A DNA stretch of 64,000 nucleotides from Candidatus Latescibacterota bacterium (GCA_965223905.1 CBDCXV010000001.1:1216001-1280000), one strand, 5' to 3'. Positions 37,998 through 53,696 are shown, counted from the first letter of the stretch. Notes: a model not told the origin generated them from the letters alone. Program-made: numbers and translations.

Positions 37998-39791
37998 GTG
38001 TCGATGACGAACGACAGGGATCTGGTCGAGGCCAGCCTCGGCGGAGACGTCCAGGCCTTTGCCGGCCTGGTGGAGCGCTACCGCTACGCAGTATTCGGCC
38101 TCTGCCTGAATTACACGCGGGACTTCGATGCGGCCGAGGATGCAGCTCAGGAGGCCTTCATCAAGGCCTTCCTGAAGTTGCGAAACCTCGAGGCCGGCGA
38201 CCGCTTCGCTCCGTGGCTCAGGCAGATCGCCGTCAACGAGTGCCGCATGGGGTACCGGCGGCGCGCGGAGCCGCTGACCGAGTGCGTCGAGAAGACCCTG
38301 GTATCGCCGGCAGGAACGCCGGAGGACGAGGCGATCGCGGTCGAGGGCCGGCGCACGGTGCTCACCGCTCTCGGAACGCTCAGCGACGAGCAGCAGCAGT
38401 TGATCACCTTGTTCTACCTGGAGGGCCTGTCTCAGAAGGAAATTGCCGCGTTCCTGGATCTGGCACCGCAGGCGGTGAACCAGCGGCTGTACCGAGCCCG
38501 CAATCAGCTGAGAAAGGAGATGCTGAACATGGTCGAAGAAATTCTGGGAGGCCGGAAGTTGCCCGATGGATTTACCGATGAGGTCATCCGGACCGCGCTC
38601 GGGCGCGGCCGAGGGCTTCTGAAAGAACAGCGGTGGACCGAGGCCAAGGCACAGTTCCGCAAGGTGACTTCCACTGTCCGCGACAATCTGGATGCCCAGC
38701 GGGGCCTGGCCCATGCCCTGGAAGGGGAGGTGCACGCCATGATGCGCGGGGAAGTGGAGGACATCGACAACAAGCTCCTGCAGGAGGCCCTGGCAGCGCA
38801 CGAGGAGGCGTTTCGCTTGGGCGCCCGGGACGAGGAGACGGCGTGGAACCTGGCCGGGTTGTACGATCGCCTCAACCGACGGGGCGATCGAGCGCGCGTC
38901 CTCCAGGTGTTCGGGGAGTCGACGGACGACGCTCAGAAGGCGTTCCGCGCGCTGGAGCAGGCCTCCTGGAGCTACCGGCTTATCGATGATCAACTGGCAT
39001 TCGATCTCCACCGCAAAGCCCTCGCCATCGACGGTATTGAGCCGGAAGATCGTCTCAGGATCTATTTCGCGGCACCGCTGGTGATCTATTTCAACGTGGG
39101 CAAGGGTGACTTGTGGCTTGCCGAGACCGAGGCCCTGTCGCCGGAGTTGGGACTACCCCTCTCCATCAATCATTACATGTACTATCGCGATCGAATGTCG
39201 TTGCTGAGCAGGATGGGCCGGCATCGGAAGGCGATTGAGACCGGGCAAGTCTTTCTGCGTCGATTGGAAAGCGAGGCAGTCGAGGATCCTGTGCAGCGAC
39301 GCTGGTGGATCGCCCATATCCTGGCGAATTCGATTCAAAGCCGGCACGAATCCGGGGATGAAGCGGCCGTTCGTGCCGAGGTCCAGTCGGCAAGAGAGAA
39401 CCTGGTCGAGTACGAGAAGGAATGGCGGGCGGCGCCCGATGATGCAGCGGAGGCTGAATACCGAAAGTTCTACGGATACGCCAACAACAACCTCGCCGGA
39501 CGGCTGCGCCAGATCGGACTGTTCGACGAAGCCATCGAGTTCTTGGAAAAGGCACTGACGGCAGGAGACAGTGGGAATAATTATATGGCCCTGGCGTGCG
39601 GCTATCTGGGGAAGAACGACAAAGCCGGGGCCCTCGAAGCGATGCGCCGTATGCACCGCTCTCCGAAACCGGCATTGAGGAAGTGGATTTACTTCGGGGG
39701 GGCGAAGCGGTGGTTCGACGCCGCCGTGTTCGATCCGGTGCGCGACGATCCGAAGTTTGCGGCTCTGGCCCAGGACGGGATCTCCAGTTAG
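37998..39791 (+). CDS. ECF sigma-70 factor with long TPR C-terminal extension
   Basis: DAEDAAQEAF-like region 2, FAPWLRQIAVN; region 4 YLEGLSQKEIA..RLYRAR; about 400-aa helical repeat tail. Confidence 0.9.
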   Translation: MSMTNDRDLVEASLGGDVQAFAGLVERYRYAVFGLCLNYTRDFDAAEDAAQEAFIKAFLKLRNLEAGDRFAPWLRQIAVNECRMGYRRRAEPLTECVEKTLVSPAGTPEDEAIAVEGRRTVLTALGTLSDEQQQLITLFYLEGLSQKEIAAFLDLAPQAVNQRLYRARNQLRKEMLNMVEEILGGRKLPDGFTDEVIRTALGRGRGLLKEQRWTEAKAQFRKVTSTVRDNLDAQRGLAHALEGEVHAMMRGEVEDIDNKLLQEALAAHEEAFRLGARDEETAWNLAGLYDRLNRRGDRARVLQVFGESTDDAQKAFRALEQASWSYRLIDDQLAFDLHRKALAIDGIEPEDRLRIYFAAPLVIYFNVGKGDLWLAETEALSPELGLPLSINHYMYYRDRMSLLSRMGRHRKAIETGQVFLRRLESEAVEDPVQRRWWIAHILANSIQSRHESGDEAAVRAEVQSARENLVEYEKEWRAAPDDAAEAEYRKFYGYANNNLAGRLRQIGLFDEAIEFLEKALTAGDSGNNYMALACGYLGKNDKAGALEAMRRMHRSPKPALRKWIYFGGAKRWFDAAVFDPVRDDPKFAALAQDGISS

Positions 39792-39984
39792 TGCAGAACA
39801 ACCGGGACTGGGAGATCCTCTTCGATGCCGATGATGCCCTGGTTGGTGAAGATGCGAGTTGACGGCACCGTTCGTTTCCAGACAAACGTGCCCGGAGCCA
39901 CGCATCCCATCGGCCGCATTCCCGACAGAATGACATCGACGACCCGGACCGTCGGCGGTTCTGCGCCCTGGCTGCGCCGCGAGT

Positions 39985-42393
39985 CTACCGGTTCGCCTCC
40001 GCCAGCAGCGCCGCGATCTCGCGCCGCGCTTCCAGCAGGTCCTCCGGGTTGCGGCTGTAGTCGGTGAGCGAGCCGAGGCGGTCGTCGATCGCCAGGGCCG
40101 CTTCAGCCATCCTTCCGCGACCTCGAGCTCGCCGCTGCGGACCTTCGCTACGGCCTGCTCGAGCAGCCACAGGTACTCGTAGTCCTCCAGCCCGTCCCGC
40201 ATGTTCTTCATGCGTATCGAGGGGACCGGCCCATCCGGGCCGGGGTAGAAGATGATGCCGGCGCCGTTGTACCTGCCGGTGCCGGTGCCGCGGGCGTTGG
40301 TGAGGGGGCCCGCGGTTCACCGTCTCCGTCCACTGGTTGAGGCACCAGTAGAGGAAGCCGTCGCTGCCGGCCCGGTAGGGCATGAACCCCATGAGCAGCC
40401 GGTGCTCGACCGCCGCGTCCTCGATGCGGACGTTCGGGTACGGCTCGTCGGGCCCGGCGGTGATGTACCACCAGATCTCGCGGCCGCGCTCGCGGGTCGC
40501 GGCGATCGCCGGTGTCGTCTGGTTGTAGACGTTGATTCCCGGCACCCAGATGTCGACGTAGGGATCGAGGCCGCTGTCGATGCCGTAGGAGTCGTCGTAC
40601 GCCGTCGTCATCAGCGGGATGCCCGGATACAGTCTCTTGATCTCGCCGTGGATGTCCCGGATGGAGTCGAAGCGGTTCTCCGACACCTCGTCGAAGGTGA
40701 AGATGTAGGCCATGTCGAGCAGGCCCGCTTCCCGGAAGCGCGGCACCCCTTCGGCGAGCGCCTCGAACAGCACCTTGCGGCGCCCGGCCGGGGTAGGGCT
40801 CCTCGCGCGGAAGGTTGCCGTAGGCCTGGACGGCGAGCAGCACGAACCTGCGGGCGCCGTGCTCGTGCCAGAGCCGCACCCACTCGGTCGGCGGGGCCTG
40901 GCGGTAGCGGTAGATGTTGTCCGGGAACATCCGGTGGCCGAGGCCGAGGTCGACGCTCTTGCGATGGACCTCGGCGACGTGCCGGGCCGGGGGGGTGAGC
41001 CCGGATTCGTCGAGCCGGCCGCCGATATACTTCAGCATCTTCTCCAGGTCGGCGCGATTCTCGAAGTAGAAACCCCCGGTCGCCTGCGGCCAGTAGGAGG
41101 GACAGGGGAAAGTGGTGCTCCACCGGAACGGCGAAATCCCACACCTCGACCTCGAAGGGCACCTCGAGGGGGGGGGGGGGGGGGGGGGGGGGGGGTAGTC
41201 CTCCCTGGCCGCCCCGACTCCCGGCGGTGACGGTGATCGTTCCGGTGTACAGCCCCGGCGCCTGGCCGGTCACGGTGCGCACGTCGAGCCAGACCGGCTG
41301 CCAGACGTTGGCGTCGAGCTCGAAGCCGTCGAGGAAGTCGAGCAGCGGATCCGGCCACCAGCCCTGGTGCTCGACGTCGTAGGGCGGCGGCCGGGTGTTG
41401 ACGTAGCCGACCGGCAGCACCTCGACCTGCCCCGACTCGATGCGGTTTCCATCTGGCCCGTCCAGGTCGCTAACGGCGACGCGGACGTCCCGGAGCGGAT
41501 AGGTGGCGGCGACCGCGGGGTAGCGCAGAACGAGCTGCACCCCCTCGCTCTCGTTGGCCGCCAGCTCGACCCGCACGGTGCCGCCGATCTCGCCGGCGAA
41601 AGGAAGCTCCCGGGAATCGCGGAAGACCTTCGTCATCCCGTGGGTCCAGCCGAACCCCCAGCCGGTGTCCCCGGCCTGCACGGCGAACCGGTCCTCCCTG
41701 GCGCGAACAACGAGCCGCGCCAGCCTGCTTCGGATTCCCCGCACCTGTCCCGCCCAGCGCCCGGCAGCCGCTTCGTCCCCGCCCGCGGCGATCTGCGTCC
41801 ATTGCTCCGAGAGCCTGGCCGAGCTCCCCTTCGATCTCGCGCAGGTTGGCGCGGACGTGGAGGGTCCGCGGCTCCTCCTCGATGCCGGCGATGAGCCCGG
41901 CGGCGCGGTCCGCGAGGCGCCGCACGTCGCCAAGGTCCCCGGTTTCGAGCCGGATGTGGTCGAGGTTGATCTCGATTTTTCGCGGGGGATCGGCGAAGAA
42001 GAAGCGCAGCTCGTCGATGGTGGAGACGTGATCGACGTCGACGCGCAGGGTCTGCCAGCCCGGCTGCAGGACAACCTGTTCGAGTCCGGGGTGGTCGCCG
42101 AGGCGGATCCACAGGTTCACGGGGCGCTCGGCCGGGTTGAATGCCTCGAAGACCAGGTGCCGGTACGGGGACCAGTCCCGCACCGGAAGCTTCTCTCCGG
42201 TGAGGTGAATCGCCGGCCAGCCGCGGCCCTTCCAGGTATCGTCCGCGGAGACCCCGCCTTCACTGACGGAAGGGACGACGAGCCGCGCGGAGGCCCGGCC
42301 GTGGCGGACGCGGTCCGTGTCGAGCTCCCAGCGCATCACCGTCAGGGTAGGCGCCAGCTCCCAGCGCGCCATCTTGGGTGAGAGGCGGTCCAC
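39985..42393 (-). pseudogene. DUF4091/GH123-like glycoside hydrolase with several frameshifts and a G28 tract
   Basis: AANESEGVQLV, WPDPLL, QPVWLDV..PGLYTG, YIFTFDE, WWY, GFLYW, RDGLEDYEYL spread across frames. Confidence 0.8.
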
Positions 42394-42436
42394 ACTGAAG
42401 CGACAGCCGGGGTCGACCAGTAGTGGAAAACCTGTC

Positions 42437-43228
42437 TCATACCAGAACCTCCTTCTCGAGGTAACTGCTCCAAATAAGGTCCAGGCCCCGGGCGGCCCCC
42501 AGGGGAACCTTCACGTCGACCAGGTGGGATACGTCGCTCGAACCCGGGTTGATCTCTATGGTGGGCCGGCCCATCCGGCTGGCTGCCTCAACCGGCCCCG
42601 AGATATAGGGGAAGAGGCTTGAGGTGCCGATGGAGAAGACGCAGTCGAACCCGAGGGCCAGCTCTTCCTTCAATAGCTGCACCTTGTCGAGGGGAAGCAT
42701 TTCTCCGAACAGCACCACGTCGGGCCGCAGCATGGCCCGGCATCGCGGACACAGCGGCGGAAGCGTGAGATGGCGGAAACCCTCGACTGTCTCCCGGAAG
42801 GGACAGGCCGTGCACATGAGCTGGTGAAGATCCCCGTGTATGTCGATCACGTTCCTCGAGCCCGCGGCGCGATGGAAACCGTCGACGTTCTGGGTCAGGG
42901 TCCAGACCCTTTCGAAGTGGTTCTCGACCTCTACCACCACCTCGTGGGCCCTGTTGAACCGCGCTCCCCGGCAGGCGGCTTCGATCTGTCCCAGGTATTT
43001 CCAGGTGAGCGCCGGATCCCGCCTCATGGTATTTCCCGACAGCACCTTTTCGATAGGCATCCCGTTCTCGGTGGGATCGACTTCGTAGAGCCCTCCCACA
43101 CCCCGGTAGGTCGGAATCCCGGAATCCGCGGAGATGCCGGCCCCGGTGACGAAGAGCACGCTTTCACATCCGTGCAGGAACCCGGCTGCGCGCTCGATCT
43201 CCTGCGCATGGCGGCCGGGGTCGTTCAT
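42437..43228 (-). CDS. cobB: NAD-dependent protein deacylase (sirtuin, CobB-type)
   Basis: TGAGISADSGIPTYRG, TQNVDGFH, HG, two CxxC, RPDVVLFGE, GTS. Confidence 0.92.
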   Translation of the reverse strand: MNDPGRHAQEIERAAGFLHGCESVLFVTGAGISADSGIPTYRGVGGLYEVDPTENGMPIEKVLSGNTMRRDPALTWKYLGQIEAACRGARFNRAHEVVVEVENHFERVWTLTQNVDGFHRAAGSRNVIDIHGDLHQLMCTACPFRETVEGFRHLTLPPLCPRCRAMLRPDVVLFGEMLPLDKVQLLKEELALGFDCVFSIGTSSLFPYISGPVEAASRMGRPTIEINPGSSDVSHLVDVKVPLGAARGLDLIWSSYLEKEVLV

Positions 43229-43418
43229 TTCGGGGTTTGCCGTATCTGCGGACAAGGGTCCTGTTGGCAAGATATGCAGGGTCGCTCCTCCTTGAAGGGA
43301 ACCGTTTTTTTCCTGGCCGCCGCCGCCGGACGGTCACGTCGGAGCCCAGGCATATTGCCTCACTCTCCAAGTGGCCACGGTTAAGCATCGACCGCATCCC
43401 CGGCCACCCGGAGCTCGT

Positions 43419-44213
43419 TCAATCTTCCAGCCTGTGCCCGCAGTTGGGGCAGTGCCGCGCGTGCTCGTGCCGGCTCTGCAGCTCGTCGACGAAGCCGGCC
43501 CCGAGGATGCCCGCGGGCAGAGCGAACATGCCGATCCCCATCACCGCGATGCAGGCGGCGATCATCTTTCCCACCGCCGTGACCGGGTAGTAGTCGCCGT
43601 ACCCGACCGTGGTCAGGGTGATCACCCCCCACCACATGGTCTGCGGGATGCTGGAGAACTTGTCCGGCTGATCGTCGTGCTCGGCGAAGTACATGAGCGA
43701 GGCGGAGATCACCAGCAGGGTCAGCAGCACGAAGAAGATGCTGGTCAGCTCTCCCCGTTTTCCCACCACCACCCGCCCTAGCAGCCTGAGGGCGCTCGAA
43801 TAGCGAAACAGTTTCGCCAGGCGGAAGAAGCGCAGCATGCGGACAATGCGGATAAACCGCATGTCGATGCCGACCAGCGGCAGGTAGAGCGGCAGAATGG
43901 CAAGCAGATCGATGAGGGCCATCGGCGTCACGAAGAACCGGAGCCGGCCAATGATGGGGCGGGGGTACTTCGGGTCCGCGGTGCAGGACCACAGCCGCAG
44001 GACGTACTCGATGCTGAAGATGATAAGGGAGATCCGCTCGAACCAATGGAAGGCGGCCGGACTCAGGGAATAGACCGGTTTAACCGTTTCCAGGGTCAGG
44101 GCCAGGATGTTGAGGAAAATTAGCCCGATGATGCCCAGGTCCACGGCCCGGCTGTGGGGGTCTCCGTCGGTCGACACGGCCAGGAGATGGTGAACACGCT
44201 CCTTCAGCGGCAT
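43419..44213 (-). CDS. Voltage-gated potassium channel (6TM)
   Basis: S4 RFIRIVRMLRFFRLAK; selectivity filter TTVGYGD. Confidence 0.93.
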   Translation of the reverse strand: MPLKERVHHLLAVSTDGDPHSRAVDLGIIGLIFLNILALTLETVKPVYSLSPAAFHWFERISLIIFSIEYVLRLWSCTADPKYPRPIIGRLRFFVTPMALIDLLAILPLYLPLVGIDMRFIRIVRMLRFFRLAKLFRYSSALRLLGRVVVGKRGELTSIFFVLLTLLVISASLMYFAEHDDQPDKFSSIPQTMWWGVITLTTVGYGDYYPVTAVGKMIAACIAVMGIGMFALPAGILGAGFVDELQSRHEHARHCPNCGHRLED

Positions 44214-44287
44214 GGAATACCTCGCGGGTTGGAAATACGGATAGCAGGGATTCAGGGATCAGTTGGTTGTAAACCATATCCCCGGTC

Positions 44288-44360
44288 GAACAGGTCATAC
44301 GTCTTCTGGCTACCGCCCATCCTTCGGACAGGACTTCGGCCTGTTCCAGCACGGTCTGCG
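44288..44360 (-). repeat. Leftover copy of the hsdR 3' end, part 2
   Basis: Matches 46332-46403; encodes [17 protein letters not shown] with mostly synonymous differences. Confidence 0.9.
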
Positions 44361-44416
44361 CTTCTGGGGTAGCAGGGCATCCAACAACGTTCCAGGTGTG
44401 CGGCAACGGCAATCGC

Positions 44417-44653
44417 TCAGTGATCCGCCTTGGCCTCCGTTACCTCTGCCACCTCCACCACCTCGGCAGTCGCTTGGGGTTCCGGGACGGGTTCGCCGTC
44501 ATCACGCATACCTTCGATATGGAACTCGATGGCCTCTCTGATTTCGTCCAGCAACTCTTCCCGGGTGCTCGCCGTAGCAACGCATCCGGGAAGGTCGGGC
44601 ACATAGGCCGCATAGTTGTTGGGGGACTGTTCAATTACGATGGTGTATTTCAT
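44417..44653 (-). CDS. hicB: HicB antitoxin
   Basis: MKYTIVIEQSPNNYAAYVPDLPGCVAT..EAIEFHIEG..PVPEP. Confidence 0.92.
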   Translation of the reverse strand: MKYTIVIEQSPNNYAAYVPDLPGCVATASTREELLDEIREAIEFHIEGMRDDGEPVPEPQATAEVVEVAEVTEAKADH

Positions 44654-44661
44654 GGGCAGGA

Positions 44662-44859
44662 TTACTCCTTCAGGCCGGATTGTTTCAATATGCTGTTCCA
44701 GGTTCCTGGAGGAAGGTCGTCGCCTGGCTTTCCGGGAATGGTTACACGGCCAGGTTTTTCTGGATGTTTGAATTGGCGGTGGCTTCCCCTGGTACGAACC
44801 AGCCGCCATCCGTCCCGCTCTATCGGCGGATAGCCGTGCTTGCGCAAGATGCGGCGCAC
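44662..44859 (-). CDS. hicA: HicA toxin with its N-terminus replaced by HsdR sequence
   Basis: DGW..RGSHRQFKHP.KPGRVTIPG..GTWNSILKQ; 44824-44871 matches hsdR 46423-46470 at 47/48 bp. Confidence 0.85.
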   Translation of the reverse strand: MRRILRKHGYPPIERDGWRLVRTRGSHRQFKHPEKPGRVTIPGKPGDDLPPGTWNSILKQSGLKE

Positions 44860-44912
44860 CAGGACTCGAAGCTTCGATCTTTTCTTTGTAGCGGCGCGCC
44901 AGGTTCAGTCGC

Positions 44913-46169
44913 TCAGTCATCCGCCCCGTTCCCCTCAAACTGCCGGCGCACTTCTCCGGTGCCCACGAATTGGGACAATAGTCGGTAGTTGCCCAACTCA
45001 TGGCGGACACGGCCGGCGATGACTGCCGGGTGGACCTGGGCTTCCCACGCCATTTGCAGCACTGCCATCGGCCCCGGGTTTTCCAGGATAATGCCGTCGT
45101 CCCAGATTTCCGGCGGGGTCAGGGCGTCCTGCGCGAACTGGTCCGCCTCGTGTTCCGTGGGGTCGCTTCCGCCGGATTCAACACCGCGCAGACTGAGGTC
45201 ATCCACGAAGCCGGTCTCGTCGCTGCCGGTGCCCAAGTGGAGCCCGACGTGGCCCAGTTCGTGCAACAGGGTGAACCAGAAGTTATCGATGCGGTCGTAG
45301 CGCAGGGTCAGCCCGACCACCGGCCGGCCGTCGGGGAGCCGGAGCGCCGCGCCGTCCAGATGGGTTCGGGGCAGATGGGGCACGTACTCCAAGCCGATGC
45401 CGTTCCCGGCCAGGAAGTCGCGGGCCCGACCCGGGCCGTCTTCCCGCGTGCTCAGGCGGGCCACCTCCCGCAGGAACTCGGGAGTAACCGCACCTGAGCG
45501 GCCGGGGCTCATCCCGCGCTCCCGGGCCCTGGCGATCACCTTCCAGCACCACGCCTGCAGTGCGTAGTCGTCGGTCTTGGCGTTGATCCGCCGCTGGTCG
45601 TTCCTGCGGTACATCGGCCGGGTGGCGAACTTCCGTCCCCCGGCCTGATCGATCAGGCCGCCGATCAGCTCCTCGGCGCGGTCCTTCAGGTCGGGGGCAT
45701 CGGGTATCCAGGCCGCCCTGGCCATTGCCTTCAGCGGAAACCGGGTCCACTCGAAACCGGGCAGTTGCTCGGGCAGCGTTGCGCCGGGCTCTTGCAGCAG
45801 CAGGTCCGCCGGTATCCGGAGATGCCGATGCAGCGCCCGGGCCATGGCCATGGTGATGGAGCGCTTGCCCGACAGGACTTCGGACACCTTGGCGCTGCTT
45901 CCAAGGAACGGTATGAGGTCCCTCTGAGTCATGCCCATCTGGTCCATCTCAAATTCGATGGCGGCTGTTACGCTGGGAAACCCGGTGGGATAGTGCTTGT
46001 CTTCGTATCGCTCAACCAGGTCGGAGAGGACGTCGAGCTCGAGCCTTCGAGGATCGTCTTCGTCCTCGATCTGCCCTTCCGGCGGTGAAAGAGCATCCAT
46101 GAGCTCCGATATGCGGGCCAATGCCGCTTCGTAGTCTTCCTCGGTGCGGATCGGCCGGATGGCTGCCAT
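44913..46169 (-). CDS. HigA-type HTH antitoxin fused to an ImmA/IrrE metallopeptidase
   Basis: IRPIRTEEDYEAAL..SEVLSGKR; LTLRYDRIDNFWFTLLHELGH (HExxH), E.EAD.FA. Confidence 0.9.
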   Translation of the reverse strand: MAAIRPIRTEEDYEAALARISELMDALSPPEGQIEDEDDPRRLELDVLSDLVERYEDKHYPTGFPSVTAAIEFEMDQMGMTQRDLIPFLGSSAKVSEVLSGKRSITMAMARALHRHLRIPADLLLQEPGATLPEQLPGFEWTRFPLKAMARAAWIPDAPDLKDRAEELIGGLIDQAGGRKFATRPMYRRNDQRRINAKTDDYALQAWCWKVIARARERGMSPGRSGAVTPEFLREVARLSTREDGPGRARDFLAGNGIGLEYVPHLPRTHLDGAALRLPDGRPVVGLTLRYDRIDNFWFTLLHELGHVGLHLGTGSDETGFVDDLSLRGVESGGSDPTEHEADQFAQDALTPPEIWDDGIILENPGPMAVLQMAWEAQVHPAVIAGRVRHELGNYRLLSQFVGTGEVRRQFEGNGADD

Positions 46170-46171
46170 TT

Positions 46172-46342
46172 CTACACCTCCTCGACGTTGATCCGGTTGT
46201 ATTCGGCGTGAGTGCCCACGAACCGTACATACACTACTCGTCCGGGGTAGAAGACTCTGGCGACCAGGCGATAGTCGTTGCCCTTGATTCGAAACACCAC
46301 GCACGAAAATGTTGCGGGAGAAGGAATAAAGGAACCGGTCAT
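46172..46342 (-). pseudogene. higB: 5'-truncated HigB toxin
   Basis: Only VVFRIKGNDYRLV..VRFVGTHAEYNRI remains. Confidence 0.8.
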
Positions 46343-46347
46343 ACCTC

Positions 46348-49490
<3,143 letters not shown>

Positions 49491-49494
<4 letters not shown>

Positions 49495-49910
49495 GGGGGA
49501 TCCCAAGGGTTGACGAGCTCGACATTCAAGCATTCGAAGTCCCTCACGTTACGAGTGACTATCGCCATGCCGTTGGCCATTGCGGTTCCTGCGATAAGCG
49601 CGTCGCCGAGCTCCAACTTTCCACCACTCCGATGCACGCGCGCCTGGAATGCAGCGGCCCACTCGGCTTCCCGCCTCCCAATCGGCGATACGCGCCCTTC
49701 AAAGTCCGCCAGAAGCAGAGACAGCCATTCCCTCAATCTATCGCGGCGGCCGCCCTCCGGGAGAAGTTGAACACCCAATTCAAGCTCCTCGACGACGATA
49801 GCCGGGAGCCACAGATTTTCCTGTGCGTTCAGATAGTCCATGACACCCGGGTCCGGATTTTCCCTGGTCAATTCCGAAACCACATTGGTGTCAAGGAGAT
49901 AACCGCTCAT
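49491..49910 (-). CDS. vapC: VapC PIN toxin
   Basis: [16 protein letters not shown]....[11 protein letters not shown]; stop overlaps the hsdR ATG. Confidence 0.93.
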
Positions 49911-50185
49911 TCGTCCGCTTCGTCGATAAACGGAATTTTGCGGCTACTCTTGCGGCAACTCGGGATCTCAAGGTTGGTGCCGCGTGGCGTATTTGCAACG
50001 AGCCACTGGCCCAAGGGTATGGACTCCGGTGCCCGAGCCTGCCATACATGCTCGGGCACTACGATGAAAGGTCGCCGGGCACCGATGCGCTGGGGACCCT
50101 GCGTTTCGGCTAGACGCAGGATTTCGGACAGCCGAGCCTTGGCCTCGGCAACCGTCCAGACGCGGCCGGGATCGGAGGCAAGCAT
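49907..50185 (-). CDS. Phd/YefM-like antitoxin
   Basis: WTVAEAKARLSEILRLA..GPQRI; coupled to vapC. Confidence 0.88.
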   Translation of the reverse strand: MLASDPGRVWTVAEAKARLSEILRLAETQGPQRIGARRPFIVVPEHVWQARAPESIPLGQWLVANTPRGTNLEIPSCRKSSRKIPFIDEADE

Positions 50186-50214
50186 GGTTGGTCTCCCTTT
50201 GAGAAAGGTTGATG

Positions 50215-50231
50215 TAGTCTATAATAGACTA
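50215..50231. promoter_or_regulatory. Palindromic operator of the antitoxin-vapC promoter
   Basis: TAGTCTA-TAA-TAGACTA, 30 bp upstream of the antitoxin start. Confidence 0.65.
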
Positions 50232-50261
50232 TGACCTTTCGTCAGGCAAGCTGGCAAGGGA

Positions 50262-50362
50262 AATCAGGGGGATATCCGGGGCCCAGGGAGGAACTGCCAA
50301 CCGACGCCGAAGAGCCAAGCTAGGGAGGCCTGTTTAACGTCGGTTTCGGTGAGGGTGGTAAT
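50262..50362 (-). pseudogene. Degenerate copy of the hsdR 5' end
   Basis: Aligns with about 49395-49494; reads [23 protein letters not shown], with ATG changed to ATT. Confidence 0.88.
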
Positions 50363-50366
50363 GGAG

Positions 50367-51385
50367 CTACCCAATGGTGAATGGACGACTATCTGCAACC
50401 TCTTTCATTTGTAGGTTATTTTCTTTAAAAAACTTCAATAGGGCTTGCCCATAGGTAACCATAGGTTCAAAACCGACAATCCTTGACAACTCTCTCCCCG
50501 ATCGGGTCAAAGCCACGCCCGACACCCGAAATTCTTTGTTCGGGTCACGTTCAGTAGTGGGGGATAAGACCCAATATTTGCCCTGATAAGAGAAAGGGAT
50601 GAACAACATGCCCACTTCAGCTTTGGATGGAAAAGGCTCTATGCACAGATTGTAGTCGAACCAAGAGTTGTAGTCAGAGATGATGAGTCCATGCTCGTTA
50701 AGCACGTTTAGTTTGTCGAAGTTGAGCCCATACTCTTCAAGGGCATTTGTTGCCGCATTACCTCCTATTGAAGGGACTCTGGTATCAAGGAAATGGCGAC
50801 CCTCCGTTTTTACCGATATACAGGCTGAGCATAACTTTGTAAAGAGCTTGGCTGTTTCCTGTTCGAGATTCCGTAGGATGCTCAAAGTTTGTATGGACGT
50901 ACTCTTGGGTCGTTCTACTTCGCCTGCAAGAACCTTAGCCCATAGCCGTTGCATTTCTTCGGAAGATACGTCTTGGACATCGTTAAAGAATCGCGCTGTC
51001 CAGTCGTTATCAACTTCGTGATTTTGGACTTCCCCGTCTCCAAGTTCCAGAGCTGCCTGCTTTACTACCGACCCGATGTTTGCCTGGCGTTTCTCTTCTT
51101 GAAATTGAATCCTCTGAGTAACAAAGTCACCAAGGATTAGTTCTCCATGAATTTTGGCATCCGAAGCTAAAAGAGTCGACCGAGCATCCGATTGAGCCTT
51201 GGCAATCAACTGAACTGTGGAGGCTCGCCCAACTGTCAGGATTTCCTGTTCTTTTACTTCCCCCTCTGCAGCAATCACTTTCGCTTCGGCTTCTCTGCGA
51301 GCCTTCCAAGGTGCCAACATTGAACCAGCAACACTGCCAATACCGCTTGCCGCATAGTCCAACAATTTTTCCAGAGCTGGTACTT

Positions 51386-51401
<16 letters not shown>
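50367..51401 (-). CDS. DUF2806 domain protein (low GC)
   Basis: VDNDWTARFFNDVQDVSSEEMQRLWAKVLAGEV.RP. Confidence 0.8.
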
Positions 51402-53073
<1,672 letters not shown>

Positions 53074-53077
<4 letters not shown>

Positions 53078-53493
53078 TCCCAAGGCTCCCCTGTCATGGC
53101 GCTGTAGAGCTTGATGGCGTCGCTTATGAACTCCGGGATTACGGTAATGGCATTGGCGGCCTTTTCCCGGTCGTAATTGTGTGTGGTGTCTATGCGAGTT
53201 TGTACATAGAGCTCCCACTGTTCGCCACCCGCGGCCAGCAGGTGGTTCTCATCAGCAAGACGGAATATGGGCCTGGGGCTGTTGGGGGTTTCGGCGATTC
53301 CAAGGGCCTCCACGAGATGGCGCCTGAGGATTTTCCACAAGGTGTCAAAACAGATTTCGAACCGTTGGATTACCGATTCCGCCATGCCTTCTTGAACGAA
53401 CGACGGATAATCCCTCGGCAGGTTAAGCAGGTGGTCGTGCTGCGTCTCCAGATTCTTCAGGGACATTTGGAGGTTGCTGTAGTCTATTGGCAT
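53074..53493 (-). CDS. HEPN-fold protein (nucleotidyltransferase substrate-binding, HI0074-like)
   Basis: IQRFE..WK; R-x4-H motif RIDTTHNY; ATGA overlap with MNT-hsdS. Confidence 0.88.
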
Positions 53494-53495
53494 GG

Positions 53496-53696
53496 TTATA
53501 CCTCGTCGGAAGTAGCGCGGGGCTCCGGGACGGGGTCCCCGTCTTCACGCATGCCTTCGAGGTGGAACTCGATGGCCTCGCGGATTTCTTCCTGCAACTC
53601 TTCCCGGCTGGTCCCCGTCGCCACGCAGCCGGGCAGGTCGGGCACGTAGGCCGCGTAGTTGTTGGGGGTCTTTTCGATTTGGACCGCGTATTTCAT
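53496..53696 (-). CDS. hicB: Orphan HicB antitoxin
   Basis: Close paralog of 44417-44653 (NNYAAYVPDLPGCVATG). Confidence 0.88.
   Translation of the reverse strand: MKYAVQIEKTPNNYAAYVPDLPGCVATGTSREELQEEIREAIEFHLEGMREDGDPVPEPRATSDEV

Noticed and set aside
42437-43228. Sir2 as a Thoeris/DSR defence NADase
   Set aside because: Standalone CobB-type with zinc finger and canonical deacylase motifs; no TIR, HerA or pAgo partner
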